From NCBI GenBank assembly GCA_051252375.1, contig JBPOFY010000007.1, forward strand, positions 64,001 through 128,000: DNA of 64,000 bases, read 5' to 3'. The notes beneath the pieces were generated by a model. That model was not told the origin of the DNA. It saw only the letters and a list, made by a program, of their open reading frames with translations, and did no database searches. The stretch's first letter is position 1; every line of letters begins with the position of its first letter. Source of the DNA: Opitutaceae bacterium (GTDB lineage: Bacteria; Verrucomicrobiota; Verrucomicrobiia; Opitutales; Coraliomargaritaceae). A program made the position numbers and the translations under genes. This document shows positions 19,513 to 30,014 of the stretch, in pieces.

Positions 19513-21051
19513 ATGAAACGAATACTGATACCTGTTATCTCGGCTGTTCTGGCCCTGACGAGCCATGCGACTGAACAGTCCAAGCCCAACATCATCTTCA
19601 TTTTCGCCGATGATATGGGCTATGGAGAAGTGCAATGCCTCAACCCGGAACGAGGAAAAATTCCTACGCCATGCCTAGATCAATTTGCGAGTGAGGGGAT
19701 GATCTTCACGGACGCGCACACGTCATCCTCAGTCTGCACGCCATCGCGTTACTCTCTGATGACGGGGCGATACAACTGGCGGACGACGCGTCAGGCAGGA
19801 GTCTTGAACGGCTACAGTGAGGCGCTTATTGCTGAGGACACGCTCACCGTAGGTAAGATGCTCCAAGAGAATGGCTACGACACCGCAATGATTGGAAAAT
19901 GGCATCTAGGGATGACGCTCCCAGTCACTTCAGGCGATTTGCCGACAGCACGTAAACCGAAACAAACAAATCTCGATTGGGACGGCGTAATCAAACACGG
20001 TCCAGCAGATCGTGGTTTTGATTACTTCTTCGGCATCTCAGCATCGCTGGATATGGCTCCTTACATTTACATGGAGAACCGTCAGTTCATCGGTGCGGCA
20101 GACAACAACGACCCTCAGGCAAATGCCCTTGGGTTCGTGCGAGATCAAGTCCTGCCAGTGCTATCTAAGCGCTCCGCTGATTACATCAAGTCGCACAAGG
20201 GTGATAAGCCGTTCTTTTTGTATGTGCCGTTGACTTCGCCGCATTCGCCGGTTCTCCCAACCAAAGAATGGATCGGTAAGAGCGGTCTCAATCGGCACGC
20301 TGACTTCCAAATGCAAACCGACGACGAGATCGGTAAAATCATTGATGCCGTGGATGAAGCCGGACTAACGGAAAATACGCTGATCATCGTCACTGCGGAC
20401 AATGGCACTTCGACTCAATCTGCGAGAATACCAGATCTTGAAAGCATGGGGCATTACTCAAGTGCGAACCTGCGTGGATCGAAGGCGGATATCTTGGAAG
20501 GGGGACATCGGGTGCCCTTTATCGTGCGCTGGCCGAAAGTCGTTGAAGCGGGCTCCACTTCGGATGCAACGATTTGCCTGACCGACTTCATTGCCACCTG
20601 TGCGGATATTGCGGGCGCTGAACTCGCAGATGACGAAGGGGTCGATAGTGTCAGCTTCTTATCTGCACTCAAATCTGAAACCATTACAACCGATCGGCAG
20701 GGGATTGTGCACCACGCGATTGCCGGTCAATTCGCCATTCGTTCCGGCGACTGGAAGCTGATTCTTGCACCCGGTTCGGCGGGGTGGACTTATCCAGCCG
20801 GTAAAACTGCGGTCGACCTAGGACTACCCTTGATTCAGCTCTACAATCTCAAGCAAGATATCGGAGAGACCAATAACCTACAGGCAGAATACCCTGAAAA
20901 GGTCGGCGAACTGCTCACACTACTTGAAGACTATGTAGCAGAGGGGCGAAGCACGAGCGGCGTCAAACAAGCGAACGATGCCGAAATCGATCTCTGGAAA
21001 AAGCGCATGCTCGAGAAACCTGGTTGGCAGCCTAAGAGTAAGAAGAAATAG
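19513..21051 (+). CDS. Sulfatase, family S1 (paralog of 7557..9122)
   Basis: [24 protein letters not shown] shared with 7557, [32 protein letters not shown]. Confidence 0.95.
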   Translation: MKRILIPVISAVLALTSHATEQSKPNIIFIFADDMGYGEVQCLNPERGKIPTPCLDQFASEGMIFTDAHTSSSVCTPSRYSLMTGRYNWRTTRQAGVLNGYSEALIAEDTLTVGKMLQENGYDTAMIGKWHLGMTLPVTSGDLPTARKPKQTNLDWDGVIKHGPADRGFDYFFGISASLDMAPYIYMENRQFIGAADNNDPQANALGFVRDQVLPVLSKRSADYIKSHKGDKPFFLYVPLTSPHSPVLPTKEWIGKSGLNRHADFQMQTDDEIGKIIDAVDEAGLTENTLIIVTADNGTSTQSARIPDLESMGHYSSANLRGSKADILEGGHRVPFIVRWPKVVEAGSTSDATICLTDFIATCADIAGAELADDEGVDSVSFLSALKSETITTDRQGIVHHAIAGQFAIRSGDWKLILAPGSAGWTYPAGKTAVDLGLPLIQLYNLKQDIGETNNLQAEYPEKVGELLTLLEDYVAEGRSTSGVKQANDAEIDLWKKRMLEKPGWQPKSKKK

Positions 21052-21104
21052 GATGGAAAGAACGCAGACCAACCAGTAAGGTCCACGCAAATAGCCTCAA
21101 CTAT

Positions 21105-22598
21105 ATGAAAAAAATAATTCTAATCTTCGCTAGCCTCGGCTTGATAAATACCTTGTTCGGATCTGATAAGCCGAATGTAGTCATCCTCTATGCTGATGAC
21201 ATGGGCGTGGGGGATGTTTCTTACGGAGATCCTGAGGCGAAGATTCAAACGCCGAACATCGACCGACTCGCTAGTCTGGGCATGACTTTTACAGACGGGC
21301 ACAGCTCATCTGGTATTTGCACGCCGAGTCGCTATGCTTTGCTCACGGGGCAACACCATTGGCGTCGCTTCCACGGGATTGTGAATGCTTTCGGTGAATC
21401 GGTTTTCAAACCGGGTGAATTTACCATTGCTCGCATGTTCAAGGAGCAGGGCTATACCACCGCAGCTTTCGGCAAGTGGCACCTTGGTTGGGACTGGGAT
21501 GCGATCCGCAAGCCAGGCATCACGGGGAAGGATAGGGAACTTGCCTCGTCATACGATTGGACAAAGCGCTTTCCCGGTGGACCGATCGACCAGGGTTTTG
21601 ATCACTACTTTGGCGATGGCACGATTAACTTTCCACCATATTGCTGGATTGAAAACGACCGCTTCCTTACGATCCCGACTAAGCCCGTGATCAAGTCGAG
21701 ACCACTCGCAGGTGGTGGTGGTTTCCGTGCCGGCCCAATGGCCGAAGGCTGGAACCCATACGACATCTTGCCGACCGTGACCGAAAAAACGGTGGAGTGG
21801 ATCGAAGAACAAAGTGCGGATAAGCCTTTCTTCGTCTATCTTGCTTTTAACTCACCGCATTATCCAATCGTTCCCAACGAGGAGTTTCATGGCACGTCCA
21901 AAGCCGGATACTATGGAGACTTTGTCATCGAGACCGATGCGATGGTCGGCAAAGTGATGGCCGCCCTGAAAGAGAAAGGGCTGGCTGAAAATACCATCGT
22001 TATTTTTACAGCCGATAACGGGACCGAAAAACATGCCTACGAGCGTCTTGAGGAATTTGATCAGTGGAGCTCGGGCGAACTGCGCGGACTGAAGCGTGAT
22101 GTCTACGAAGGCGGGCACCGCGTGCCGTTTATCGTTAGCTGGCCTAATAATATTAAAGTTGGGTCTCGCTCAAGTGAAGTCGTCAGTCAGGTGGATTTCA
22201 CGGCAACCTTTGCCGAGATCACTGGATACAAGCTAAGCAATGAGGTAGCAATCGACAGCTACAACATTTTGCCAGCATTGACTGGTGAAGACTATGCCAG
22301 CCCACTACGAAAAGCGACCGTGCAGAATACGAGCAAGGGGCAGTATGCGCTTCGCCAAGGTGATTGGGTTTATATCAATACGCACACTGGATCAGGTCTA
22401 AATGAGCCAAAGGCATACCTTGAGCGCTTCGGATTAAAGACGTATTCCAAAGATACTCCTGGATTATTGTTCAACCTTAAAGACGATCTTCGGCAGTCGA
22501 GCAATGTGTATAGCGAAAACCCTGAAAGGGTGAGCGCTATGAGCGAGCTATTGGAGAGTTACGTCGCAGGCGAACGCTGCGCACCTGCGAGAAATTGA
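21105..22598 (+). CDS. Sulfatase, family S1
   Basis: [49 protein letters not shown]. Confidence 0.95.
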   Translation: MKKIILIFASLGLINTLFGSDKPNVVILYADDMGVGDVSYGDPEAKIQTPNIDRLASLGMTFTDGHSSSGICTPSRYALLTGQHHWRRFHGIVNAFGESVFKPGEFTIARMFKEQGYTTAAFGKWHLGWDWDAIRKPGITGKDRELASSYDWTKRFPGGPIDQGFDHYFGDGTINFPPYCWIENDRFLTIPTKPVIKSRPLAGGGGFRAGPMAEGWNPYDILPTVTEKTVEWIEEQSADKPFFVYLAFNSPHYPIVPNEEFHGTSKAGYYGDFVIETDAMVGKVMAALKEKGLAENTIVIFTADNGTEKHAYERLEEFDQWSSGELRGLKRDVYEGGHRVPFIVSWPNNIKVGSRSSEVVSQVDFTATFAEITGYKLSNEVAIDSYNILPALTGEDYASPLRKATVQNTSKGQYALRQGDWVYINTHTGSGLNEPKAYLERFGLKTYSKDTPGLLFNLKDDLRQSSNVYSENPERVSAMSELLESYVAGERCAPARN

Positions 22599-22688
22599 TA
22601 TTTACTCTCTTTTAATTAAACCTGTTCTAGTCGCGTAAACGGGGGGGTATACTGATCGCAATGCTATGCTATAGTGAGGGTATAATTT

Positions 22689-25451
22689 ATGATGAAGTAT
22701 ACCTCGACTGCCTTTTGCCTCCTATTTGGGGTCTGTTTCAGCACTACGCATGCAACTGACATTTATGTCAGCCCAGCGGGTTTGGATACAAATAATGGCG
22801 CTGATAATCAGTCACTAGCGACACTTGCCGCCGCTCAAGAAAAAGCGCGTCTCTACGCGGGTAAAGAACCCGTCACGGTATGGGTCGCAGGTGGCACCTA
22901 TCATTTGGACCAAACGCTTCGTTTCAGTGAAGCAGACTCCGGCACTGCCGAAGCTCCGATTACCTATCGTGCGGTTCCAGGTTCGGTAGTCACGTTGAAG
23001 GGTAGCTTGCCGCTAGACCCGATGGGCTGGGAACCGTGGAAGGATGGCATATACAAGCAATCACTAAAGGGCTCTGCCTTGGAAGGTCGCCAGATTAACC
23101 AGCTCTTCATGTCTGACGAGCGCATGGTTCGGGCGCGCTTCCCAAACTGGGATTACAGCAATCCACTGCGGACAGGAGACGGCTATCTGAAGGCAGGCGG
23201 GGAAGATAGCCCCAGCATGGAAAAGATCACTTGGAATAAGGGAACTCTAGATGAACGTGTCCAAGAGTGGACGTATCCTGAGAAAGGCATATTACACGCT
23301 TTTCATGCGCGAAATTGGGGAAACTTCCAATTCCATATTGGTCGTGTAGATGCCAAGAACCGCACTTTTCACTTCAGAGATGGGGGCTGGCAGGCACAGC
23401 GTCGTGAGCGTGGGGTAGGAGGAAAGGGCGGTCATAGTTCACCTTTTTACATTGAAAATATTTTTGAAGAACTGGACGTCCAGTTTGAGTGGTATCACGA
23501 TTCTGACACAGAGACTTTCTATTTCAAGCCACCTACCGGGCTCGACTTGGCCACAGTCAACGTTGAAGCAGCGATATTAAAATCCTTGATTGTAGTTGAG
23601 GGAGCCCAGCATCTTCACTTTGAAGGTTTTCGTCTGACCCAAACACGTGCGACTTTCTTAGAACCTTATGAGGACTTGGCACGTGGTGACTGGGCTATTC
23701 ATCGTGGCGGCGCAGTCTATTTCAAAGACAGCCAGAACTGCTCAGTGAAGAATTTCCATATCGAGAAGATAGGCGGCAACGGCATTTTCGTAGATGGGTT
23801 TAACGAGGAAATTCACATCTCCGGTTGCTTGATTGAGAATACAGGGGAGAGCGCAGTCTGCTTTGTCGGAAGTCCCAAGGCGGTGCGTGAATATCAGACA
23901 TGGGTCACCGGCAAACGCGGGGAAATTCTAGATCTGGAGCCTGGTCCGAAAACGGAAGATTATCCGCGGAATTGTAGTGTCAAAAATACGATTACCCGCG
24001 ATGTAGGGGTCTATGGTAAGCAGACCTCAGGAGTCTTTGTTTCTATGGCCATGGATATCACGATTGATCATGTCAGCGTGTATCGTATTGCACGTGCCGG
24101 CATTACCTTCAACGACGGCACTTGGGGCGGATTGGTGATGTCGAACTGCGATATCTATGACACCATTTTGGATACCGGTGAGCATGGTCCTTTCAACTCT
24201 TGGGGTCGCGAGCGCTTTTGGGATGGCAGCAAGTTGAAAAAAGACTGGGTGAGACTGGATTCGCTCAAGCCAAATGTTCTACGCAACAACCGAGTGGGCA
24301 ACTACCGCTCTTCAGTCAGTGCAGGCAACTGGACGATCGACCTGGATGACGGTTCATCGCTCTATGAAATTTATGATAACTTGATGATCGGATCCACTCT
24401 CAAACTTCGCGATGGGTATTTCCGTGAGGTGACTAATAATATTATGGTGAGTGCGGTCCCGCTTGGTTTTCATGTCTGGCCAGATGATAACTCTGAAGAT
24501 GTATTTGAGCGTAACATCACAGTTGTCACCGGCTCCGTCGAGGGCAGGAACAGTAAGACGCGAACTCTATTGGGACCGGTTCGTATGCCCAAGGATATCG
24601 CCAACTGGGGAACCTTTGATCACAATCTGTGGTGGAATGTAAATCAACCAGGGTTTGCAGCTGGTAACTTGGTTGACAGCCTAGAGTCGTGGCAACAATT
24701 CCAAGGAAAACATAGTGTCGTTGCCGACCCAATGTTCGTAGATCCGGCGAACCGAGATTATCGGGTGATACCCGATTCTCCCGCGCTGAAGCTGGGCTTC
24801 AAGAACTTCCCGATGAATCAATTCGGTCACCAAATGACGCGCATCATGAATTCGATGCACCAATTTGAGGATTTGGTTGATGTAGTGATTCGCGCGGATG
24901 CGCGCGGTGGGGCGATTCACTATACCCTTGATGGTTCAGAGCCTAGTGCACAGTCACCGATTTACAAAGATCCGATCCGTATCGAAGAAAACACTACTGT
25001 GCGGGCGAACACTTTTAATCAACAAGGGTCTGCCGTTGGCTTTGAAGATCTAGTCGCATTTGAAAAGGTCAAAGAGGTGGCCCACCAGAGCTGGTTGGCC
25101 TCATTGTTAGCCGGCGAATATGTAGCGTCAAAGAATCCACCCAAAACGAAAGTCGTCAGCGAGCCCCGCAGAGTGAACTGGGCTGGCATGCAACTGGTGA
25201 GCATCTCCGACTATCCGGATTACATTGATGCTACAGGAGGTCAGCCGACAGGCGTGTTTGTCGACACCATTGCCAAGGATAGTCCTGCTTTGAAGCCGGG
25301 CATGATTGAAGGCGATACAATCATTCGTCTGAATCAGACCGAAGTGCGTCAACTGGAAGATTTGGAGCGCGCACTGAAGAGTGCTAAAGGTGAGTTTACT
25401 GTGAAAGTCTTTCGAAATTACCAACACCATATTTTCAAATTTTCATTATGA
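22689..25451 (+). CDS. GH141-like beta-helix protein with Fn3-associated/CHB_HEX_C-like domain and C-terminal PDZ
   Basis: DIYVSPAG, RARFPN, IENIFEELD, EHGPFNSWGRER, WTIDLDDGS; IHYTLDGSEPS..SPIYKDPI domain; PDZ-like tail SPALKPGMIEGDTIIRLN..VFRN. Confidence 0.75.
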   Translation: MMKYTSTAFCLLFGVCFSTTHATDIYVSPAGLDTNNGADNQSLATLAAAQEKARLYAGKEPVTVWVAGGTYHLDQTLRFSEADSGTAEAPITYRAVPGSVVTLKGSLPLDPMGWEPWKDGIYKQSLKGSALEGRQINQLFMSDERMVRARFPNWDYSNPLRTGDGYLKAGGEDSPSMEKITWNKGTLDERVQEWTYPEKGILHAFHARNWGNFQFHIGRVDAKNRTFHFRDGGWQAQRRERGVGGKGGHSSPFYIENIFEELDVQFEWYHDSDTETFYFKPPTGLDLATVNVEAAILKSLIVVEGAQHLHFEGFRLTQTRATFLEPYEDLARGDWAIHRGGAVYFKDSQNCSVKNFHIEKIGGNGIFVDGFNEEIHISGCLIENTGESAVCFVGSPKAVREYQTWVTGKRGEILDLEPGPKTEDYPRNCSVKNTITRDVGVYGKQTSGVFVSMAMDITIDHVSVYRIARAGITFNDGTWGGLVMSNCDIYDTILDTGEHGPFNSWGRERFWDGSKLKKDWVRLDSLKPNVLRNNRVGNYRSSVSAGNWTIDLDDGSSLYEIYDNLMIGSTLKLRDGYFREVTNNIMVSAVPLGFHVWPDDNSEDVFERNITVVTGSVEGRNSKTRTLLGPVRMPKDIANWGTFDHNLWWNVNQPGFAAGNLVDSLESWQQFQGKHSVVADPMFVDPANRDYRVIPDSPALKLGFKNFPMNQFGHQMTRIMNSMHQFEDLVDVVIRADARGGAIHYTLDGSEPSAQSPIYKDPIRIEENTTVRANTFNQQGSAVGFEDLVAFEKVKEVAHQSWLASLLAGEYVASKNPPKTKVVSEPRRVNWAGMQLVSISDYPDYIDATGGQPTGVFVDTIAKDSPALKPGMIEGDTIIRLNQTEVRQLEDLERALKSAKGEFTVKVFRNYQHHIFKFSL

Positions 25452-27907
25452 GGAACAGGTATCTATTCTCTTTTGCCTTATTGGCATTTTTCGTAACGCT
25501 GACTGCAGTAGCCCAACGCCCCAACGTGATCCTCGTCATGACCGACGATCAGGGCTATGGAGATCTGGGTTGCCACGGGAATCCATTTCTCAAGACACCA
25601 GAAATCGACAAGCTACACGGCGAGTCGATTCGGTTTACTGATTTTCATGTGAGTTCATTTTGCACACCTACAAGGGCGGCGCTCATGACGGGGAATCATC
25701 CCGGTTATTCGGGAGCCTATCGCACCAGCTCGGGGCGCAGTATGATGCACCCCGATGAAAAAACGGTGGCCGATCTTTTTGCCGAAGCAGGCTACGCCAC
25801 TGGAATGGTCGGCAAGTGGCACCTCGGTGATAACGCGCCGCACCGTCCGCAGGATCGTGGCTTTCAGGATGTCGTTTGGCACCGCTGCGGAGGCATCGGC
25901 CAAGCATCTGATTATTGGGGGAACACTTATTTCGATGACACTTACGCGCGTGTCAGACCCGGCAGTCGTGTTGAGAAGTTCGAAAAGTTTACAGGCTATT
26001 GCACCGATGTCTTTTTCGGGGAAGGGATGCGCTTTGTTGATAAAAATAGAGAGAAGCCGTTTTTTCTCTACCTTGCACTCAATGCGCCGCATGGACCGTA
26101 TCGCGTGCCACCTGAGTGGGCGAAGCCTTATCAAGGCAACAAGGACATCCCAAATCCTAACTTCTACGGGATGATTGCGAACATCGATTACAACATGGGG
26201 CTGCTGCGCGAGAAATTGGATGAACTGGGGCTGACCGAAAACACCATCCTAATTTTCATGACAGACAATGGCACCTCTGCTGGTGCAAAATTCAAAGGTT
26301 TGGATTCAGAAGCTTTGGTTGGTTACAACGCTGGTATGCGTGGCAAGAAGTCGTCTGTCTATGATGGAGGTCACCGTGTGCCGTTCTTCATTTACTGGCC
26401 CAAAGGCGGGCTAACAGGAGGAGAAGACATTGAGACCATTGGAGCGCATATTGATGTGCTACCGACTCTGGCGGAGTTGTGCGGCATTACAGTCGGTGCG
26501 GGCTATGACCTAGATGGAATATCACTGAAGCCGTTATTGGATGGCTCTAATCAACCGTGGCCGCGGGATCACCATGTGGTGCAGTATCATGGTGGTGCCT
26601 ACGGTAATGCTATGCCACCTGGTCCTTTAGCATACTCAGCGGTGCTGACAGAACGCTGGCGTCTGGTAAACTCCGACGGGCAATTCCTTTTCGATATCGA
26701 AGCCGATCCCGCACAGCGTAAGGATGTCTCCGCCGAGCATCCGGAAGTGGTGAAGCGTTTGCGTGCACTTTATGATCCGTTCTGGGAAAGGGTATCGCCG
26801 CGCTTGACACCTATTCGCATCGACATCGGCGATCCCGGTGAGCCGCGCACAGTGTTATGCTCCCAAGACTGGTATATGAAAAAGGGGAATCCCCCGTGGA
26901 ATTTTGGTTCGATCAAAAGTCTGCCCAAAGTCACCGGACCATGGATAGTCGATGTGAAGCGCGCGGGGCGCTATCGCCTGACATTGCGTCAGTGGCCAGC
27001 CGAAGCCAATAAGCCAGTGATCGCGGTGCGTGCCAAAGTCGAGATCGCGGGACAGGAGCAATCCGGGCCTGTGGTCTCAGGATGTGAAGGAGTCGTCATC
27101 GAGCTGGATCTGCCAGCAGGTCCATCAGAACTGGTGACTTACCTTTACGATGAGAAGGGTAAAGCCGGTGGGGCTTACTTTACAGATGTCGAATGGCTGG
27201 GTGCGAGCGACTCGCTGCCAAAGGCATCGTCTGTGCCTCAGAGTGTAGGGCATGTTTCTGTATCTGAAAAAGCTCCGTCTTCTCAATCGAAAGGCGCTCA
27301 CGCACAGTTCGATTTCCAGACGAGCTTGAAGGGGAAACAGTCATGGACAACTGGTGCTTTTACCGATGCATCGAAAACAGTTTGGGATGAAGCGAATCTA
27401 AGCGGAAAAACGCTTACTTTTTCAGGACACAACTTCGGCTATAACGACTCAATGAAGAAGGTAAACTTCTCAGAGGCGACGATCAACACCACAGGAAACC
27501 AGCCTTTCATTTCAGCTGATTTATCTGGCGCGAATTTCTCTGGCGCGACACTGAATGTAAAAGGGTATACAGGTAGGATGACCGCCTTTCGCGACGCGAA
27601 GCTGGCGGGTGCGAATTTCAGAAACATCACTTGGGGCGTTTCGACGGACGGGCTCACTCAAAAGACGGAATTCTTTTTTAGTGGTGGTCCAGGATCGACA
27701 ACAGCTGCGGATAAACACCTTGCCGTGACATTCGAAGGTGCTGACCTAAGCCGTATCACCGGCGCTGCCAAGACTGCCATGATTCAAAACTTGGGCAAGT
27801 TTGATGGCGAAACTGCAATTGGTGCCAAATATAATGACTCAACTTTAACTAAGTCCGGTTGGACCGCAGCAGAGCTAGACGCAGCCGGTTGGCGGCGGGT
27901 GGAGTAA
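25448..27907 (+). CDS. Sulfatase S1 with C-terminal pentapeptide-repeat-like domain
   Basis: RPNVILVMTDDQGYGD, CTPTR, GKWHLG, NAPHGP, TDNG. After a Ser/Pro-rich linker come repeats such as ANLSG, ADLSG, ANFSG, AKLAG, ANFRN. Confidence 0.88.
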   Translation: MRNRYLFSFALLAFFVTLTAVAQRPNVILVMTDDQGYGDLGCHGNPFLKTPEIDKLHGESIRFTDFHVSSFCTPTRAALMTGNHPGYSGAYRTSSGRSMMHPDEKTVADLFAEAGYATGMVGKWHLGDNAPHRPQDRGFQDVVWHRCGGIGQASDYWGNTYFDDTYARVRPGSRVEKFEKFTGYCTDVFFGEGMRFVDKNREKPFFLYLALNAPHGPYRVPPEWAKPYQGNKDIPNPNFYGMIANIDYNMGLLREKLDELGLTENTILIFMTDNGTSAGAKFKGLDSEALVGYNAGMRGKKSSVYDGGHRVPFFIYWPKGGLTGGEDIETIGAHIDVLPTLAELCGITVGAGYDLDGISLKPLLDGSNQPWPRDHHVVQYHGGAYGNAMPPGPLAYSAVLTERWRLVNSDGQFLFDIEADPAQRKDVSAEHPEVVKRLRALYDPFWERVSPRLTPIRIDIGDPGEPRTVLCSQDWYMKKGNPPWNFGSIKSLPKVTGPWIVDVKRAGRYRLTLRQWPAEANKPVIAVRAKVEIAGQEQSGPVVSGCEGVVIELDLPAGPSELVTYLYDEKGKAGGAYFTDVEWLGASDSLPKASSVPQSVGHVSVSEKAPSSQSKGAHAQFDFQTSLKGKQSWTTGAFTDASKTVWDEANLSGKTLTFSGHNFGYNDSMKKVNFSEATINTTGNQPFISADLSGANFSGATLNVKGYTGRMTAFRDAKLAGANFRNITWGVSTDGLTQKTEFFFSGGPGSTTAADKHLAVTFEGADLSRITGAAKTAMIQNLGKFDGETAIGAKYNDSTLTKSGWTAAELDAAGWRRVE

Positions 27908-27942
27908 TCGTTGTTTTTAAATATATATCGAATACAAATATT

Positions 27943-29964
27943 ATGATGAAGAACTATATAATGATTGCGACTGCCAGTCTGTGTGCAGCTTTCGCGCAGG
28001 CGGAAACATCGGTGTTGGTTGAAACCGCCTCGTCATCGAGCGGCTTTAAGGAACTCGCAGTTCCTTTGACTAGCCATTACGGACAGCCAAGCTTTGACCG
28101 TAAGGTCACCTCAAATCATACTACCAGCAATGACCCGCTGAGAGTATTGACCGACGGTCGACTCGCAGAGGAGTTTGGGCCGATTTTTGCGAATAATGTC
28201 AGCGATGGTGCTTATAAAATGGACCTTGGTGCTGTGCGTGCTGTTTCGACCATCACCAGTTGGTCGCATAATCAAGTCGGTCGACGCGGGGCGCAGAAGC
28301 TGACGATCTACGGTAGTGATGGCACGACTGATCCGGGCTGGGATCTGAGTCAATATGCGGAACTGGGTAAAGTTGATACGGGTGCTCCCAATGCAACATT
28401 TACCGCTGCATCTTTGCGTGACAGCTCTGGGGGCTCACTGGGAAGCTTTCGTTGGATCGTTTGGGCCGTCTCTCCATCAGCAGCGGGGGAGAATACCGCC
28501 TATCAGGAATTTGCGGTTGATGCTGAACCAACCAAAGAGGAAAAGGCTTTCGCTGCGATTAAGCGCCCCAACATTGTCTTCCTGCTGACGGACGACCAGC
28601 GTTGGGATACGCTCGGGTGCTATGGGCGCACGGATGTGATCACTCCGAACATTGATAAACTAGCTGCGCAAGGGGTGGCTTTTGATAACGCTTTCTATGC
28701 TGTCGCGATTTGTATGCCAAGTCGTGCCACTATGTTTACTGGTCGTTACTTCTCAGACCACCAGTCTGGATTCACCTATCCTTATAATCGCGCGCTGACG
28801 AAAGAGGAGTTTACGGATAGCTATCCAGCTAAGCTGAAAGATGTTGGATATCGCACCGGTTTCGTGGGCAAGTTTGGCATTCGTCTCGAAGGCTCTAACC
28901 AGACTGCGATCGAACACTTTGATTATTTCGTTAGCGGCAATAACCCAGTCACCCCCAAAGATGATCCCGGCTTGAAACATATTTATCGTAAAGATCGGCC
29001 AGCGAACGAGCGAACACTGAAGAAGGGCGATGCCATGATTCGTTTCCTAGAGACACAACCAGAGGGGCAACCTTTCTGTCTCTCCATCAGTTTCGATGCG
29101 GTTAAGAATGACCGCGACAGCGACATGTATCCACCCCATGTGGAAGTCTTGAAGGACATGCAAATGTGGGTCCCGCCCAATTGGGTCGAGGGTAAGAGCG
29201 AGCGCTTGCCTAAACTGCTCGATTATTGCCGCGGCACTTATTTGCACGTGGCGCGCACCTCGACGCCAGAGGAATATCAAAGACGAACACGCCGCTTTGC
29301 GGTGCAGGGCTACACCGTCGATAAGCAAGTGGAGCGTCTCATGGCCAAGCTCGAAGAAATGGGCGTATTGGATAACACCATCGTTATTTACACCAGCGAC
29401 AATGGTCGATTCCACGGATCGCAGGGACTCTTTGATAAGGCGATCCTCTACGAGGAATCAATGAAGCAACCACTGATCGTTTTTGATGGTCGCGCACCTA
29501 AGTCCCAGCATGGTAAGCGAGTGGATGCGATGGTGTCATCAGTTGATGTGGCGCCAACCATTCTTTCTTTGGCAGGACTAGAAGTTCCCGAGCGCATGAA
29601 AGGAGTCGACTTGAGCGGACTTCTAGCAGGCACGCAGGATATGTCCGAGTGGCGTGATAGTGTTCTGATGGAAAACTTCTTCCTTCAGGAAATTCACTCG
29701 GCGGGTAATAAGAATCATCCCGATATTCCAGCACTCAATAAGGAGATCATCGCAGGTAACCGCTCTTATCGCACTCAAGGTGTGCGCACCGAGCGTTTTA
29801 AATACTTTAAGTATCATGAGCACGATCCCGTGATTGAAGAACTCTACGATCTTGAAGCCGACCCATACGAGCAGAACAACCTCATCTCCAATCCGGAATA
29901 CGCAGAGGTGCTCTCAAGGCTTCAACAGAAGACTGAGCAACTAATTACTGAGGCAACCGAATAG
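27943..29964 (+). CDS. Sulfatase S1 (paralog of 1914..3449) with extra N-terminal discoidin/CBM-like domain
   Basis: Start moved to ATG 27943 (signal peptide). RPNIVFLLTDDQR, CMPSR, YTSDNGRFHGS; N-domain LTDG...YKMDLG.V..VSTITSWS...QKLTIYGS...FRWIVW...YQEF. Confidence 0.9.
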   Translation: MMKNYIMIATASLCAAFAQAETSVLVETASSSSGFKELAVPLTSHYGQPSFDRKVTSNHTTSNDPLRVLTDGRLAEEFGPIFANNVSDGAYKMDLGAVRAVSTITSWSHNQVGRRGAQKLTIYGSDGTTDPGWDLSQYAELGKVDTGAPNATFTAASLRDSSGGSLGSFRWIVWAVSPSAAGENTAYQEFAVDAEPTKEEKAFAAIKRPNIVFLLTDDQRWDTLGCYGRTDVITPNIDKLAAQGVAFDNAFYAVAICMPSRATMFTGRYFSDHQSGFTYPYNRALTKEEFTDSYPAKLKDVGYRTGFVGKFGIRLEGSNQTAIEHFDYFVSGNNPVTPKDDPGLKHIYRKDRPANERTLKKGDAMIRFLETQPEGQPFCLSISFDAVKNDRDSDMYPPHVEVLKDMQMWVPPNWVEGKSERLPKLLDYCRGTYLHVARTSTPEEYQRRTRRFAVQGYTVDKQVERLMAKLEEMGVLDNTIVIYTSDNGRFHGSQGLFDKAILYEESMKQPLIVFDGRAPKSQHGKRVDAMVSSVDVAPTILSLAGLEVPERMKGVDLSGLLAGTQDMSEWRDSVLMENFFLQEIHSAGNKNHPDIPALNKEIIAGNRSYRTQGVRTERFKYFKYHEHDPVIEELYDLEADPYEQNNLISNPEYAEVLSRLQQKTEQLITEATE

Positions 29965-30014
29965 ACGATTCATCCTTCTGCGCAAACATTGAGAGATTGC
30001 CCCGGTCTTTTGCT

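Noticed and set aside
22641..22647. G7 run upstream of the third beta-helix gene as a phase-variation switch
   Set aside because: Too short to be persuasive and not clearly within a promoter spacer; would need read-level length variation.
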